From Vicugna vicugna (lineage: Eukaryota), in NCBI GenBank assembly GCA_013265495.1, contig MU058451.1, positions 2,785,305 to 2,849,304 on the forward strand: a stretch of DNA of 64,000 bases, in the 5' to 3' direction. The translations under genes were made by a program, and so were the position numbers. Positions 11,182 to 23,940 of this stretch are shown in pieces (position 1 is the first letter of the stretch; each line of letters opens with the position of its first letter). Under the pieces are notes generated by a model. It searched no databases. It had not been told where the DNA came from and saw only the letters and a program-made list of their open reading frames with translations.

Positions 11182-11234
11182 TTGGCCACTTTTCATAGCA
11201 GATCCCCAACTCTTCAGTTTTGAAATGGGGCATC

Positions 11235-11607
11235 TGTCTTAGCTTGTGCTGCTATAACAAAACACCAAGACTGGTGGCTTACATTATAGACATTGATTCC
11301 TCACAGTTCTGGAGGCTGGCAAATCCAAGATCAAGGTTCTGGCGGATTCAGTTTCCGGTGAGGGCTGTCTTGGCTTGCAGATGGCTGCCATCTTGCTGTG
11401 TCCTCACAGGGCAGAGAGACAAGGAAAGAGCTTTTGATGCCCTTTCTTTTCTCAGAAGGTAAGTAATTCTATCACGGGGGTCCTGCTTTCTTGATCTCAT
11501 CTAAACCTAGTTACTTCTCAAAGACCTCACCTGCAAAGACTATCATGTTGAGGGGTTAGGACTTCAATGTTTGAATTCGGGGGTATGCAAACATTCAGTT
11601 CATAATA
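11235..11607 (-). mobile_element. MaLR solo LTR (MLT1A/MST-like)
   Basis: tgtcttagcttgtgctgctataacaaaacacc...cacagttctggaggctggcaaatccaagatcaagg; perfect 5-bp TSD gcatc (11230-11234 / 11608-11612). Confidence 0.88.
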
Positions 11608-11696
11608 GCATCTCTCACATTCTTCCTTCTTGATGTGAACATTGAATACCTCCAGGTGAAGACTATGACAGAAGTGGAAGCAGCTCAGGCATCATT

Positions 11697-12038
11697 TTTG
11701 TTTGTTTTTTGCATTCTTTTTTAAATTGGAGTACAGTTTACAATGTTGTGTCCATTTCTGCAGTACAGCATAATGTTTCAGTCGTACAGATACACACATA
11801 CACTCCTTTTCATATTCTTTTCCATTACAGGTTATTACAAGATATTGAATATAGTCCCCTGTGCTCTACAGTATAAACTTGTTTATCTATTTTATATATA
11901 GTAGTTAGTATTGTATATAGTAGTTAGTATCTGCAAATTTTGAACTTCCGATTTATTCCTTCCCACCCCCTTTACCTAATAAGTTTTGTTCTCTATGTCT
12001 GTGAGTCTGTTTTTGTTTTGTAAATAAGTTCATTTGTG
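11697..12038 (-). mobile_element. L1 3' end (camelid-type), 5'-truncated
   Basis: ttggagtacagtttacaatgttgtgtccatttctgcagtacagcataatg...ttcccacccc...ttttgtaaataagttcatttgtgtc; contains a small tandem duplication (tatatagtagttagtat x2). Confidence 0.88.
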
Positions 12039-12154
12039 TCAGACATTGTTCCAAAGCTGGTTGGCAGAAGTGCCCGCTGTCCTACCGAACTAAACCCGAA
12101 GCTTGTGGGTTTGCATCGGAGTTCACTGACGGCTTGGGAGGCAGTTTACAGGGT

Positions 12155-12352
12155 GCTACAGCGGGTGGTCCTAGCATCCCCTGCATCAGAACCACCTGGC
12201 TGGGGGTGGTGGTGTTTAAAATGCAGATTACTAGCCCCGTGCCAGTCCCCTAGTCAGGTCGCCTGAGTCAGCGTCTTGAGGGGTGGGGGTGGGGCCTGCG
12301 ACCGCATTTTGAAAAGTACTCAGGTATACCTTATATTCCCTAAAGTTTGAAG
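12155..12352. mobile_element. MER5-like hAT DNA transposon
   Basis: gcatcagaaccacctgg...gtttaaaatgcagatt...gcattttgaaaagtactcaggt...taaagtttga. Confidence 0.6.
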
Positions 12353-12571
12353 TAAGAAGCAAGATTATCCTGTACCACAGCCTGCTTATCTCAGGGAGCC
12401 CGAGGTGAGTCGTCTGTCACTTCACCAGTTCTCCCTGGGGTTTTTGCGTCTGGCTTGCTTACTTTCTGTTTCACAGGAGTGTGAAAAGTGAGACTTCCTA
12501 ACAAAAGATATCTCCAAACATTGCTAGAAGCCTCCCCTGTCACAAGAACTTCCTTTGCTCTTTAAAAACAA

Positions 12572-12617
12572 TTTTTTTTTTTAAATGTAGGTACTGGGGA
12601 TTGAACCCAGGACCTTG
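12572..12617 (-). mobile_element. Vic-1-like SINE, 5'-truncated
   Basis: ggtactggggattgaacccaggaccttg with a T tract; flanks share tttgctct. Confidence 0.75.
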
Positions 12618-13000
12618 CCTTTTGCTCTGTTAGATGTTGCCTTTAATTTTTTTTTAAAACCTGAGGAAAGGCTTAGTTTATCTTCACCTTGATATAAACA
12701 TGGTTTAATATTCAAAGTTTGGGCCTCAAACATCTCTCTCCTGTGTTTTTGTTTTTGTGTCTATGGGTCTTTCTCTGAAAGATTTCCCCCACACCACTCA
12801 TTTCTCTTTTTTCCTTTTCCTTTTACTCATCTGAATCCTCTCCATCCTTCAAGAACAAATTCAAGTCTATCTGTGTCCGCTAAATTCCATCTACCCCAGG
12901 CTTTTTTCCCTTGAATTCTCAAAGTAGTTGTACCACATTGTTGATTATGTAATTGTGTTCTCTCTGTGTTACAAATTTAAGGACAGAGTCTGAAAGGCAC

Positions 13001-13052
13001 TTTTTTTTAAGTTGAAGTATAGTTGATTTACAATATTGTGTTAGTTTCAGGC
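13001..13052 (-). mobile_element. Very short L1 3' terminus
   Basis: ttttttttaagttgaagtatagttgatttacaatattgtgttagtttcagg. Confidence 0.7.
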
Positions 13053-13397
13053 CTGAATTGTATTTTTGTTGAATATCTGGTAAGCATAATAAGACCAGGT
13101 TGATTGATTGGATCTGTAAGTGAGCATTGCAGAAGCATTGGAAGGGATACAGCTAGATTGAATATAATCACTACAGCTTATGAAGGAGGGAAATTTAAAA
13201 GGAAACATCACAAAGTTTCTGGTGTATATTTATACTATTGATGGGAGGATGGATTTTTGGTAGGTATAGACTTGCTAGTCTACCCAATATATTCAAAAAC
13301 AGGTCTTGTACTAGAAACACAAATCTTTATGCTTTTGTTTATTAAAGTTTTTTTGGAGTGAGCAATGCCAATTTGTATTGATCAAATTGTTTTTCAG

Positions 13398-13469
13398 ATG
13401 GAAATGAGGCAAGACTTTTTAGAAAACTTGAGGAAGTAGACAAAAATGAATCCCTGTGTTGTAGAAAAG
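13398..13469 (+). other. Candidate 72-nt exon
   Basis: Acceptor ttgtttttcag; weak donor AAG|GTTACG. One open frame (xGNEARLFRKLEEVDKNESLCCRK), which I do not recognise. Confidence 0.2.
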
Positions 13470-14687
13470 GTTACGTACATTTTCTTGTTCCATCCTAAAA
13501 AGTTTTTAACAGTTTTCTGCGGAATTCTTTTCAGATAAATTCCTTTGGATCTAATAAAGATGAAATCCAATTTTCACCTTATGTTTGATGTGGCTAGGGG
13601 CTGGTTAAAGAATTTACTAGTAACTACTTTGAAGGTAAAAGCCTTTTTTATCTGGCTACTTCTCATGACTGCCTTCACTCAGGGAGGGAGGAGAGGAGAA
13701 AACTGAGGCAAAGTATCTTAAAAGTGTCTCTTTTTTCTCTTCAACGATTGCAAACTGCAGCCTTCTAGTTAGTACTAAAGGGTTCCAAAGAGATGATGCC
13801 ATGGTACCATTCTAGCCCCCTCTAAGAACGTGAGCTGCTCTGTTCTCTTTTTATGTTTCTACTGGGGTCACTAGGTAAGTACTCTGTTCAGAGGTCTGAG
13901 AGTGTTCCTTCCCCATGTCTTAACCACCTCCCCCACTCCCAGGAATCTGGCTTGTTGTGTGTGCATCCGTCATTCTGGAAAAACCCCCGCTAGGTCTTGC
14001 CAGCTCTGAGCACACAGACGTTTCCTTCGGGAGCCAGCAGGGGTCAGCTGGAATGCCAGCTGCCCGGCCATGTCTCTTGCCAGGACCAGGATGGCACTAG
14101 GAGCCATTTGTTGGTTTCTTGAGCTGAGACAAAGTCTTCAGAGACATCTTACATGCCTTCCCTATGATTACGTACCTGTTCCTGCTTCGCACCAGGTACC
14201 CCTAAGCATCCGCTCTTTCCTGGGCTCAGTACCCTTTCTCCTCTCCCGTCAGCCTCTAAGCTGACACCACAAACAATCTCCTTTCCCCCCTGGAGTGGAG
14301 CTCTTCTGTTTGTTTTAAATATAAGCTCTGCAGGAGTTGCTTTTACGGTTTTATCCACGTGAACACGCTCTGGCCTCTCTTGCCAGTCGCTGACACTGAC
14401 CCGGTGGTGGGGAATTCCAGCTTGTGGCCTGGTGGGAGGGGGATCTGGGTGTGAGGAAGGTGCAGAGGAGAGAACTGCTGGGAACAGTCCCATGACTCAC
14501 CAAAGGCTTTAGTTGTCCTTGTCTGAAGAGAGCGAAGATCCCTTATGTCTCAGGGACTAAGCTGATGGAAGAGCTGGTGGCCATTACCTGCCGGAAGGGT
14601 CCTGCATTGTGAGAACTGTCCACCTTTCAGTGGCTGGTCTCTTGTGTGCTATTTTCCTGAGACATCTCTTACCCCAAATCCTCAAAA

Positions 14688-14877
14688 CAGGGCTGGCTAC
14701 ATAGTTTTGTGAGGTCCAGTGCAAGAAGAAAACGTAGGTCTCCTTGTTCAATAACTATTAGGAACTTCACGTTGGCAACTACAGAGCATTAAACCAAGCA
14801 CAGGGCCCTCTGAGCGCAGAGCCCAGCGTGAAGCCTGGCAGGACTGCGCGAGTCCTATGCCCATGACGCTAGCCCTA
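14688..14877 (-). mobile_element. MER45A-like hAT (Tip100) MITE
   Basis: cagggctggctacatagttttgtgaggtccagtgcaa...cagagcattaaaccaagcacagggccc...cccatgacgctagccct; terminal inverted repeats CAGGGCTGGC / GCTAGCCCT. Confidence 0.75.
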
Positions 14878-15020
14878 ACCCCCAGACATATGGAGGGAAA
14901 GCTCTTCCTTGTCCTGGTCCTGAGGGTCAGTGTGAGGGCATCCCAGGCATCCCACGTCTGATGCGTTCCCCATCCTCAGGAACTGGGGTCCTGGAGAGAG
15001 AGACCCACGAGAAGAGGGCT

Positions 15021-15700
15021 TTTATTCAGCAAATGTAGGACATTCATTGTTTCAGGCGCTGGAGACTCTGCAGTAAACAAAGCAAGGGCCCTGCCCTCTT
15101 GGAGCTCAGTCTAGTTGAGGGAGACAACAGCAAACGGGCAAATACTTGCATGTAGGGAGGGTGTCAGACAGTGACAGGTACTTCAGAGGAAGGTAAAACG
15201 GGGCAGGGAGGATGAGGGCTGCCAACCAGGAAGGGTGGGGTCTTGTGGTTTCATGAGACATGGTCGAGAGGGGCTATTTGAGTAAAGGCATTGAGGGAGT
15301 GAGTCATGTAGGTGCCTGAGGGAAGAGCATTCAGGCAGTGGGACTAGCAAGTGCAAAGGCCCTGAGGCCTCAAGTTTGAGGATGAGCAGAGAGGATGGTG
15401 TGGCTGGTGTGGCTGACAGGGGTTTGGAGAGGTTAGAGATGGAGAGAGAGGATGCTGGATCTCATGCAGTAATGACTCTGGGTTTTACACTGGGTGAGAT
15501 GGAAGCTTTGGGCGTTAAGACCTGAGCAGGCTCCTCATCTGACTCAGGTTCAGGGCTCCCTCTATACTCTGTTGTGAAGAGACGTGGGGGCAGAAGAGAG
15601 AAAGTAGGGTGACCAGGGAGGAGGCTTTTGGAATAATCCAGGTGGTTTTGACCCAGCTGCTCATGGTGGAGGTAATGAGAAACGGTCAGGTTCTAAAAAT
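15021..15700 (-). mobile_element. L2 LINE fragment
   Basis: tttattcagcaaat...ggccctgccctcttggagctc...gaagagcattcaggcag...aagtgcaaaggccctgagg. Confidence 0.8.
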
Positions 15701-17979
15701 ATTATAATCTTAAGAGGACAAGGAACCAGGTCGGTCTTGTTTATCACGTAATGATAACACATGTTGGTGCCCAATAAACAGGTATTTAATGAACCAGTGA
15801 GTGAATGTAAATATTTCACAAAATTTCTTACAGTAGAGGTAATAAGAACATTACAAGAATGAAATGAGGCAAAATACCTTGCCAGTGTTTTAAAATTTTT
15901 TACCCCCCTTTTTGCTTCAGTAAAATCTGGAAAAATGTTAAAGGTCAGTTCGTATGAAATAAGTTATAATGCCTTAATGCCATACAGCTTGTCAGCCTGA
16001 ATATGCTAAAATGGACAGTAAGACTGTATTTTTAGTGTGTGGTCAATAGGTGGCGTTGTATCTTGTTAGGGCTTCCTCCGCTACGTCACTGTGCTGAGGC
16101 CACTGGAGTGTTAAACGCAGTTTTAACTGGAGTTCATACTTGGTTTATTGAAAAGTAGATTTGACTTCTCCAATAATTTGGTAAGACCCTCTTGGAATTA
16201 TAGGTACAAAACTAACATTTGAAAATGTCATTCTTCCTTAAGGTATAACATTTAGGTGTTACTCAAATGATAGAAAATTTCGTCTCAATGTTGGAAACAT
16301 GGCAGGGCCCACTTGCTGCAGAGGCCTTCACTGCTTGATGGCAATTTAATTTTATTTCCTTTTCCATGTGATTCTATTATATGTGTGTATTTCATATATG
16401 TGTGTGTATATATATGTGTATGTATGGGGGGGGTTGCTACTCTTTGTAAAAAGACCATATACAGTCATTAGATTTATTTTCCTTGTTGAATTTGTTCAGG
16501 GAGGAGCCATGCAGGAATGGGTGGTGGAGGGAGGGAGGATCCAGGGGGAAAAAAGGCTACAGTAAAATTAGGAGGCTGTGAGGTTTTGTGCGAAATTCTA
16601 TGGACACGTTTCAGGTGGCAAGTTTCTTCCAGCCATGGGCCTTCTCCAGCTGCTGGGCTGTCTTTCTCCACCCAGAAAGCTCACTGAAGCAGCCCCACCT
16701 CACACGATGGCTTCCCCTGGAAGTGTGAAGCTGGCTCGTCCTTTCTTGTCCGATGCCCACTTTCCTGCCTTTGGAGTTGGTCATCACAGACAAAACCGAC
16801 CCCTAGTCAGGTATTCTGAGACTCCTGTCTTGTCAGGCCTGAAAGATCAGATGATGAAAGATCCTGATGGGTCTGTGGCTTTCCTCTGAGTCAGGCTGAG
16901 TAAACATCCCCTTGCAAGATGACTTTTGTCCCCTAAAGAGTCCTGGGTGGTTTTAGAGCTGTGGGTCTCTGAAAGTGAGACTGTCCTTCACAGTGTTAGG
17001 GGTGTAGAGCTCCCGAGTCGGAAGGCCTTCAGAGCTGCTCCTGCCAGCGGACCTGGAAAAAGTGCTCAGGCCAATAGAGTGGCTCCGATTGTTTTCTCTC
17101 CAAGCAACAGATTTAGCAGATGTGTGGTGTGTGCCCACTGTGTACCAGGCGTTGTGCTGGGGAAACAGCAGGGCACCATTTCTATCCTCAACCTTTCCTT
17201 AGAATGCATGTCCCTCTTCTTGGCCCTCTTCTTGGCCTTATCTGTAGCCTCGTTCCCCTCTCATGATACTGCTTGTTCTTGGTTCTTGCCTAAAAGTTTT
17301 CTAAGAGTCCAGGGCTGGACAGTGTTCCGTCTTTTCACCTCCTCATCATTCATGTATTGGCTTTTTGTCATCCCATGGGTGACAGGCTGGCTCCAAGAAC
17401 CTCTAGGCATGACGTCCTTGCTCAAGGCAGACAAGAGGATGCACCAAGCACTTCTGTTTCTTTGATCAGAGGAGCGGGTTTTCCCAGAGGCTCCCAGCAG
17501 AGTGCTCGTATTGCTGCACTGCTACCTCCAAAAGAGATGCTGGGAAAATGAAGATCTGACTTCAGGAAGAAGAGGATTGGGAGTGGTGCCTGAGTTAGCC
17601 AACTGCAGATGCCTGCATCTGAGATCCACGCTATCCAGTAGGATTAAGCTCTTCCATACAAGTAGCTGTAATATATCAACATCCAGATCATTCTGTCACA
17701 TCCATTTGCTTTGGGGCCACTGTCTCTCTCCTGTCTCTATTGCCTGTTTTCAGACTGGCTGACCTTAACCAGAATCACTGACTCCTGGCCTTAGCGTTGC
17801 CTGACCTCCACCACCTGTTCAGCCCTGCCTCCTCCCCGACCTACCATGCTTAGGCAGCCCACTGAACAGCCAGTGCTGAGCAGACATCCTCCCCCAAATG
17901 TGCTCCTCCTGCTTTCCCACTGTTCGGGCATCTGTTGATGTCTGTCTCATCTGTCACTGTCATTGGGATCACTGGATTC

Positions 17980-18625
17980 ATCTGTGCTCCCTTCCCTCCT
18001 TCATCTCTGACACCCAGAGGTCCCTGAGTCCTGCCCATCTTATCTCGGGAATACCTCTTGCCTCCTCTCTCTTTGCACATCCCCAGGTCCACTTCAGGTC
18101 CTGATTTCCTCACCCCATTTCAATGCATCCTCCAAACTACCATGATTATCTTTAGGTAACTTGATTGATTGTTCTTTCTTGACCCAAGAGCATTCATGGT
18201 TCCTTGTTGTTTCTGTATAAAATAGAAGCAAGGCATTCAGACCCTGTCCTGCCCAGCCTGTCATTCCAGCCCCATCTCCTCTGGGCTCTCTCCCTTGTTC
18301 TAGGTCTTCGCTTTCCCAAAGAGGTCTGAGGGCTTTGCTGTGTCAGGAACACTCACTCTGCCCTCCTTCCTCAGCCACCACCTCTTCATCCTTATGAACC
18401 CAGCTCAGATATCATCTCTCCAGTGTGGTTTCTCTCCAACCGAATCGTGCCGCCTTCCTTTCTCCTGTTGCACTGTTGGTATCACACTCGTGACATCATT
18501 TTTTCACATTTACATCCACCTTCTTTAAGGGAGAACGGGTCTCTGATTTAGCTTCCCGTGGTGAATAGCTGCCCCAGGGCCTGGGACACAGCAGGTGCTC
18601 AAGAGATGTTTGTTGAACAAATGGT
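17980..18625 (+). mobile_element. L2 LINE fragment
   Basis: Pyrimidine-rich L2 body ending gggcctgggacacagcaggtgctcaagagatgtttgttgaacaaat. Confidence 0.6.
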
Positions 18626-20629
18626 TTTGGACTGTTGTGGATAGCAGCGGGGGAAATTTCCTGAATATTGTGCATTTGGTACACTCTTCACATGTGGTCA
18701 GTCTGAGTCCTGAAAGTTTAGTAAAGAAAACTTCAGAGAACAAATGTTTACTGCAGTGTAGAGCTCTTCAGTTTCCAGGATTGGAGGTGGTGAGTGTGTG
18801 GTTGGTGTTTTTAGAACCAGGCAATGGCTCAGCCCCGTGGGAGCAGATTGCATGAGACAAGCGCCCAGAATGGGGGAGATCATGCCAGCCAATCTGTCAG
18901 ATTTCATCATCTGCTGGTCTTGGGCTGATGACATTCCTAACGCACGCCTCTCAGACTTACATCTTGTGAAGGACTGTTTTCAGTTTTCATCTTTTGCCGG
19001 TTGCTTACACAACCCATCTAAAAATAATATTTTAAGAAAGCATCTTATTTAAGTTTAGTAGATGAATCTTGATGTATTAAGCACAGAATCTGATCCTTTC
19101 TGCTGTGTAATGAAATCTACAGGCGTGGAGAAAAGGCAGATCTCTTTTATAGGTTATTTCTTAGCCAAGAAATAACATTTTTTTTCCTTTTAATTTTACA
19201 CTCCTAAAATTGCAGTTATATAATTGTGAAAAAGTAGTTTGGGGAGAAGTCCATTTAAGATTCAGGGATAGAGGGAGCTGTTACTGTGGACAAAAAAAAA
19301 GTTCGGTTATTTTATTTTACCTGGGAAACCTACTTGCTGGCAGGGTGTGGGCATTGGCAGATAAAATGTGTGGGTTGGTAAGTTGTTTGTATATACTTGC
19401 GTGGTTGCAGGGGTGTGTGTGTGCGCGCGTACCCGTGTGCTTATGTGCATCAGTAATTATTATAAAACCTTAAGTTGACAGAAATGGTGGGAATGATGTA
19501 GTTAACTCATGACCACATATCCATCATATGTAAGTGTATGTACTGCCTTCCTGTACCAATAGTGTACAGATAGGTCTCCTCTAACAATTAGATAATATTT
19601 GACACACATTATGTCTTAAGCGGGATAGATATCTTTCCTGAACACTGTATATGTTATTAATGTTCTTTGCACTGTTCCCTTTTTAAATTGCTACAAAAGT
19701 AATCTTCAATCAAGTTTTAATTACTGTTATTTTCAAAGCAGTTGGATCTGAAATAATGAGGTTTCACTGAAATTTTCTTACTTTTTAGTCCTAGAAGTTA
19801 ATGATAGTTCTTTCCATCAAGTTGAAACTAAGCAGAGGATAATGTTAATGTCTTAGGTACTTTCCTAGAAAAATATTGCATCTTCCGGTTCAACTGGTGA
19901 AGTAAGCATTTGGTCATTGCTGATGAGTTGGAATTTTTGAGGCGATCTCCCATTTTTGAATCAACAAGACATTATTCTGATAGGTTGAATTATAACGTCG
20001 CTTCTCTGTTCCCCATATGGGTTTGTATGAGGAGGAAAAAGACAGTTCTGAATGGGTGTCTTGGCAGGAATACAGGGATCGGGGATGATTGTATGGGAAA
20101 CGGAGTGTGTGATCATGATGAGCCAGTTTGGCCTTGAACGCAGAACTCTGGCCTCTTTGGACTGAATGTTGAGAAGGAACAGCGTGGATTTCCCAATATT
20201 GTTCCAAAGGTGCGGCAGCAATAGTGAAAGCAAAAATCCATTGTTGGAACAATGACTCTCAAGTGGGAGGAGAATGTGGCAAGCCTCCCTTTCTTGTAAT
20301 GAATTAAGTCCAGGTTTCATGTGAGCGATGGCTTAATTGCTGGTAGGTGACCTTTGATTTTTTTTTTCTCTTCCACTTAAAAGATTAAGCTTTATTCAGG
20401 ACCAAGTTGAAGGGAGAACAAAGAGTCAGTAAGTTAGCGTAATCTGTTGAGTCATGAGAAAATAAAGGCTTATGCACATACTGAACAGCTCTACTTGGCT
20501 GACAACGCGAGTCTGTCCCTTCAATGCCAAAGGTTCTTACTTCTTCCTCTTTCGCTCCCTGAAGGCTTCGTGCCAGGCACTGAGCCCCTCTCCTCTTTTT
20601 AGCATTGAGGATTTCCTATCCTTTTGGTA

Positions 20630-21960
20630 GATAGAGATGCCTCTCCTCACTCCCCTGAAACTGCTCGCAAAGGTTGCCATCGCCTCCGCTTTGCTAAATT
20701 TAAAGCTCAGCCTCCGCCTGCATCTTACTTGACCTTTCTACAGCGTTGACCCCCTTCATTCTTCTCTCTTCTAGCAAACACTTTCTTCTCTTGACTTCCA
20801 GGATGTCACAGTTGCCTGGTTTTCCTCCTGTGTCCCTGGCCACTTCTTCTCAGATGCTTGCTGCCTCCTCCTTTCTCCGTGGACACATTCAGGCTGGGAC
20901 TTCAGAACCCCTGTTCTTCTCAACTTGACTCACTCCCTTGGAAGCCTTGTCTGGGCTCCTGGCTTCCTACACTGACAGCTCCCACCTGGACGTCTCCGGC
21001 CCTCAGCTGTCCCTGAATTCCAGCCTCACACAGCCAGCTACCTCTTCCGTGTCTCTACGTCTTCACATGTCTGAATCCATGGATCTTTCCTTCAAGTTCA
21101 TGTCTCTCAGAGTCTTCTGCATATCAGTTGAGGACAGCTTCATCCTTCGAAGTGCAGGAAACATCTCTGACTCCTCTCTTCCCCTCCCCTTCTACATCTC
21201 ACTCTCAGGGAAATCATGAGATCCAGAATTTATTACCACTTCTTACGACCTGACTGTTACCACTTTAGTCTGATCCACCACCAGCCCCTTTGCGTGGGGT
21301 AGTGTGGTGGCCTAGTAACTGGTCTCCAGGCTTCTGTCCCCGTTCTCTGCAATCATCCCTCCCTAGAGCGGCCAGCTCAGTTCTTCAGTACATCATCAGA
21401 TCATGTCACTTCTCTGCTCCAAACCCTCAGTGACTCCCCATTTCCCTCCAAGTAAAGGCAGAAGTTCTTATCAAGGCCTACAGGGCTCTGTAAGGCCTGC
21501 CCTTTCCCCTACCCATTACCTCTCTGACGTCCTCTCCTACTACTCCTTCACTGCAGTTCCATGGCCTCTGCTTTTCCTCAGACATTCCAGGTGGGATCTG
21601 TTTCCACCTGGGTCTTTGTACCTGATGTTTCATCTGCCTGGAACGTTCTTCCCTGGACTTGTGTGTACTTAACGGGCTTCATTTCAAGCCGTTTCTCCAG
21701 TGTCGCTTCTTCCTGATGACCCTAGTTACTCCTGCAGTCTGCTGCCCCCAGCACTCCTGAGCTCCGTTATTCCTCTGTAACACTTCTCATCTATTAACAT
21801 GCTGTATATAATACACTTATTTATTATGCTTATTTTTTATTGTCAGCCTCTCCTACTAGAATGTAATCTTGAGGGCAGGGGCTTTTGTGTTTCATGTCCT
21901 AACACCTAGTATGGTATGAGGCACAAGTTCTCAGTAGATAGGTGTTGAATGACTAAAAGT
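20630..21960 (+). mobile_element. L2 LINE (long fragment)
   Basis: ctgctcgcaaaggttgcc...catcttacttgacctttctacagcgttgac...cagatcatgtcacttctctgctccaaaccctc...ctagaatgtaatcttgagggcaggg...gttgaatgact. Confidence 0.8.
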
Positions 21961-22336
21961 TGTGGATGCCGGGAGCCACAGGTTGGCTTCCTCCCACGTA
22001 CCGTGACTTGTTCTCTCTGAAGCCTCTTTTCCCTCAAGGCCCCACTTTCTGTAGTGCTTCTTGGGGTTTCGGGGCAAGAGTGAAGTCTCCTTTGAGATGG
22101 TTTTTGGGAGAGGGAAGCAAAAGAGAAGGGAAGACCTTTCCTGCTCTTGCATGAATGAGTTGGCTTGTACTTACTTGAATGATGGGGCCGGGTAATCAGA
22201 GGGCCTGGCCTAGGCTGATATATTTTGTATTCTGATATTTTTACTTAATGTTTTGTCATGAGCACTTCCATCACTTTTTCTCTTCTAGTTTTTGTGATTA
22301 TTATTTTAATGGCTACATATTTAAAATACAGTCCTA

Positions 22337-22493
22337 GGGAACTATATTGAATATCTTGTAATAACCTTTAAAGGAAATGAATATGAAAATGAATATATGT
22401 ATATATATATGCATGACTAAGACATTATGCTGCACACTAGAAATTGACACATTGTAACTGACTATACTTCAATTAAAAAATAATAAAGTAAAA
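22337..22493 (+). mobile_element. L1 3' end with poly(A)
   Basis: gggaactatattgaatatcttgtaataacc...gacacattgtaactgactatacttcaattaaaaaa; perfect TSD taaaatacagtccta (22322-22336 / 22494-22508). Confidence 0.9.
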
Positions 22494-22579
22494 TAAAATA
22501 CAGTCCTAATGACTCAGCCCTCAAGGTCAACCTGTATAAGCCCGGGGACGATCTTGGGTTGCTTTTGAGAACCTCAGGG

Positions 22580-22800
22580 TGAGGGAGTAGTTAAGGGCAC
22601 AGGCTAGAGTTTGGCCCTCTGGGTGCAGATCCTGGCTGTGGCCTTTCCCCACCATGTGACACAAGGCAAGTCATTTAACTGCGTCTTAGTTTCCTCCTCT
22701 GTCGAATCGCAGTGGTAGCAGTACCTGTACGGTACCTGGACCTGTGACAGTAACGGGCTTATTTTGGGAAATGAGAGTTCATGTTTACAGAGCACTTGGA
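22580..22800 (+). mobile_element. MIR SINE
   Basis: gtagttaagggcacaggct...tgtgacacaaggcaagtcatttaact...agtttcctcctctgt. Confidence 0.75.
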
Positions 22801-23001
22801 ACCTTGCTGCTCTGTGTCATATTCAGACCAGCATGATCAGCAGGGCCTGGGGGGGCTGGTCAGTAATGCAGGCCCCAGCCCAGACCTGCCGTATCCGATT
22901 CTGTATTCTGACAAGCCCCCCAGGTGCCCCCTCAATGAGCAACAGTGACTTCAAACAGCGGCTGGGACATACCCAACACTATGTGATGTTGGCAAAATTT
23001 T

Positions 23002-23141
23002 TTTATTATTATTACTTTTTAATTTACATAATTAATTTGTGTATTTTTTTTAAAATAGGGTACTGGGAATTGAACCCAGGACCTTGGGCATGCTAAATAA
23101 GCATGCACTCTACCACTGAGCTACACCCCCCTGCACCCCTC
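23002..23141 (-). mobile_element. Vic-1-like SINE
   Basis: gtactgggaattgaacccaggaccttgggcatgc...gcactctaccactgagctacacccc; TSD tggcaaaatttt / tggctaaatttt. Confidence 0.85.
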
Positions 23142-23940
23142 TGGCTAAATTTTAGAGTAGTTTCAATTTTCACAGGTCGGACCTCTGAAACGTGTCTTGT
23201 CCATGTTAAGCAGCATCTCAAGGAAGTGCCTCTGGGAGGTCAGGCCCCTCACTGCACATCTCAGGGCTTTAGCGTCCTTCTCTGTGATGTGAAAGAGTCT
23301 AACATGAGTGATTTTAGAAGCACCATGCCAGCTCTGGCCCTATGGAATTCAGTGTTCCTCATCAGTTCACGTTTTACTGAGCAGGGAGTTTAAAAAGACC
23401 ACGATTTCTTTTGGAAACTAGGTAAGAGTAACGCCTTGGAAAAATGTTCCCAGATATTCTTGTGGTGCAAGCCAACCATACCAGAGTTATTGGTCATCTT
23501 TTTTTAATCTCCCAGGTACATCTTACTCTGTCTTAATGTCTGATTGACAGTAAGAACTAGCAGGATCTTGGAGCTCTTGGTGGAAGCTACTCTACTTAAT
23601 CATTAACCTTTTAAGAATAGAAAACAGTGGTCCTTAAAATTATCTATTTTTTGGCGACATAATTGCTTCATAGGCCATGTATGAGAGAGAGCAAGACATT
23701 CTAAGAGATTAATCTTCTAAAATGCAGTCAGTAATCATGGTCTATTAGTCTGGAAGGGCTCCTAGAAAATAGCTCTTAGTTTATGGACCAGGAAAATGAA
23801 AAAGGATGGTGCCTCTCTTGAAAACGTTTTCCATAACCACTTTCAAGATATCCAGCGTCTTCCTACCATCGTCGGCACGGAGGTCAAACCCCTTGGGCTC
23901 GTTGGTAATCTGACTCATCTTGATTTGGCCTCAGATCATC

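Noticed and set aside
10959..11242. Cluster of Phe- or Lys-rich ORFs on both strands
   Set aside because: Artefacts of the T-rich tail of the retro-insertion.
16926..17465. 179-aa ORF
   Set aside because: Non-ATG start, no recognisable domain, no supporting splice signals, and it partly overlaps a degenerate L2-like fragment.
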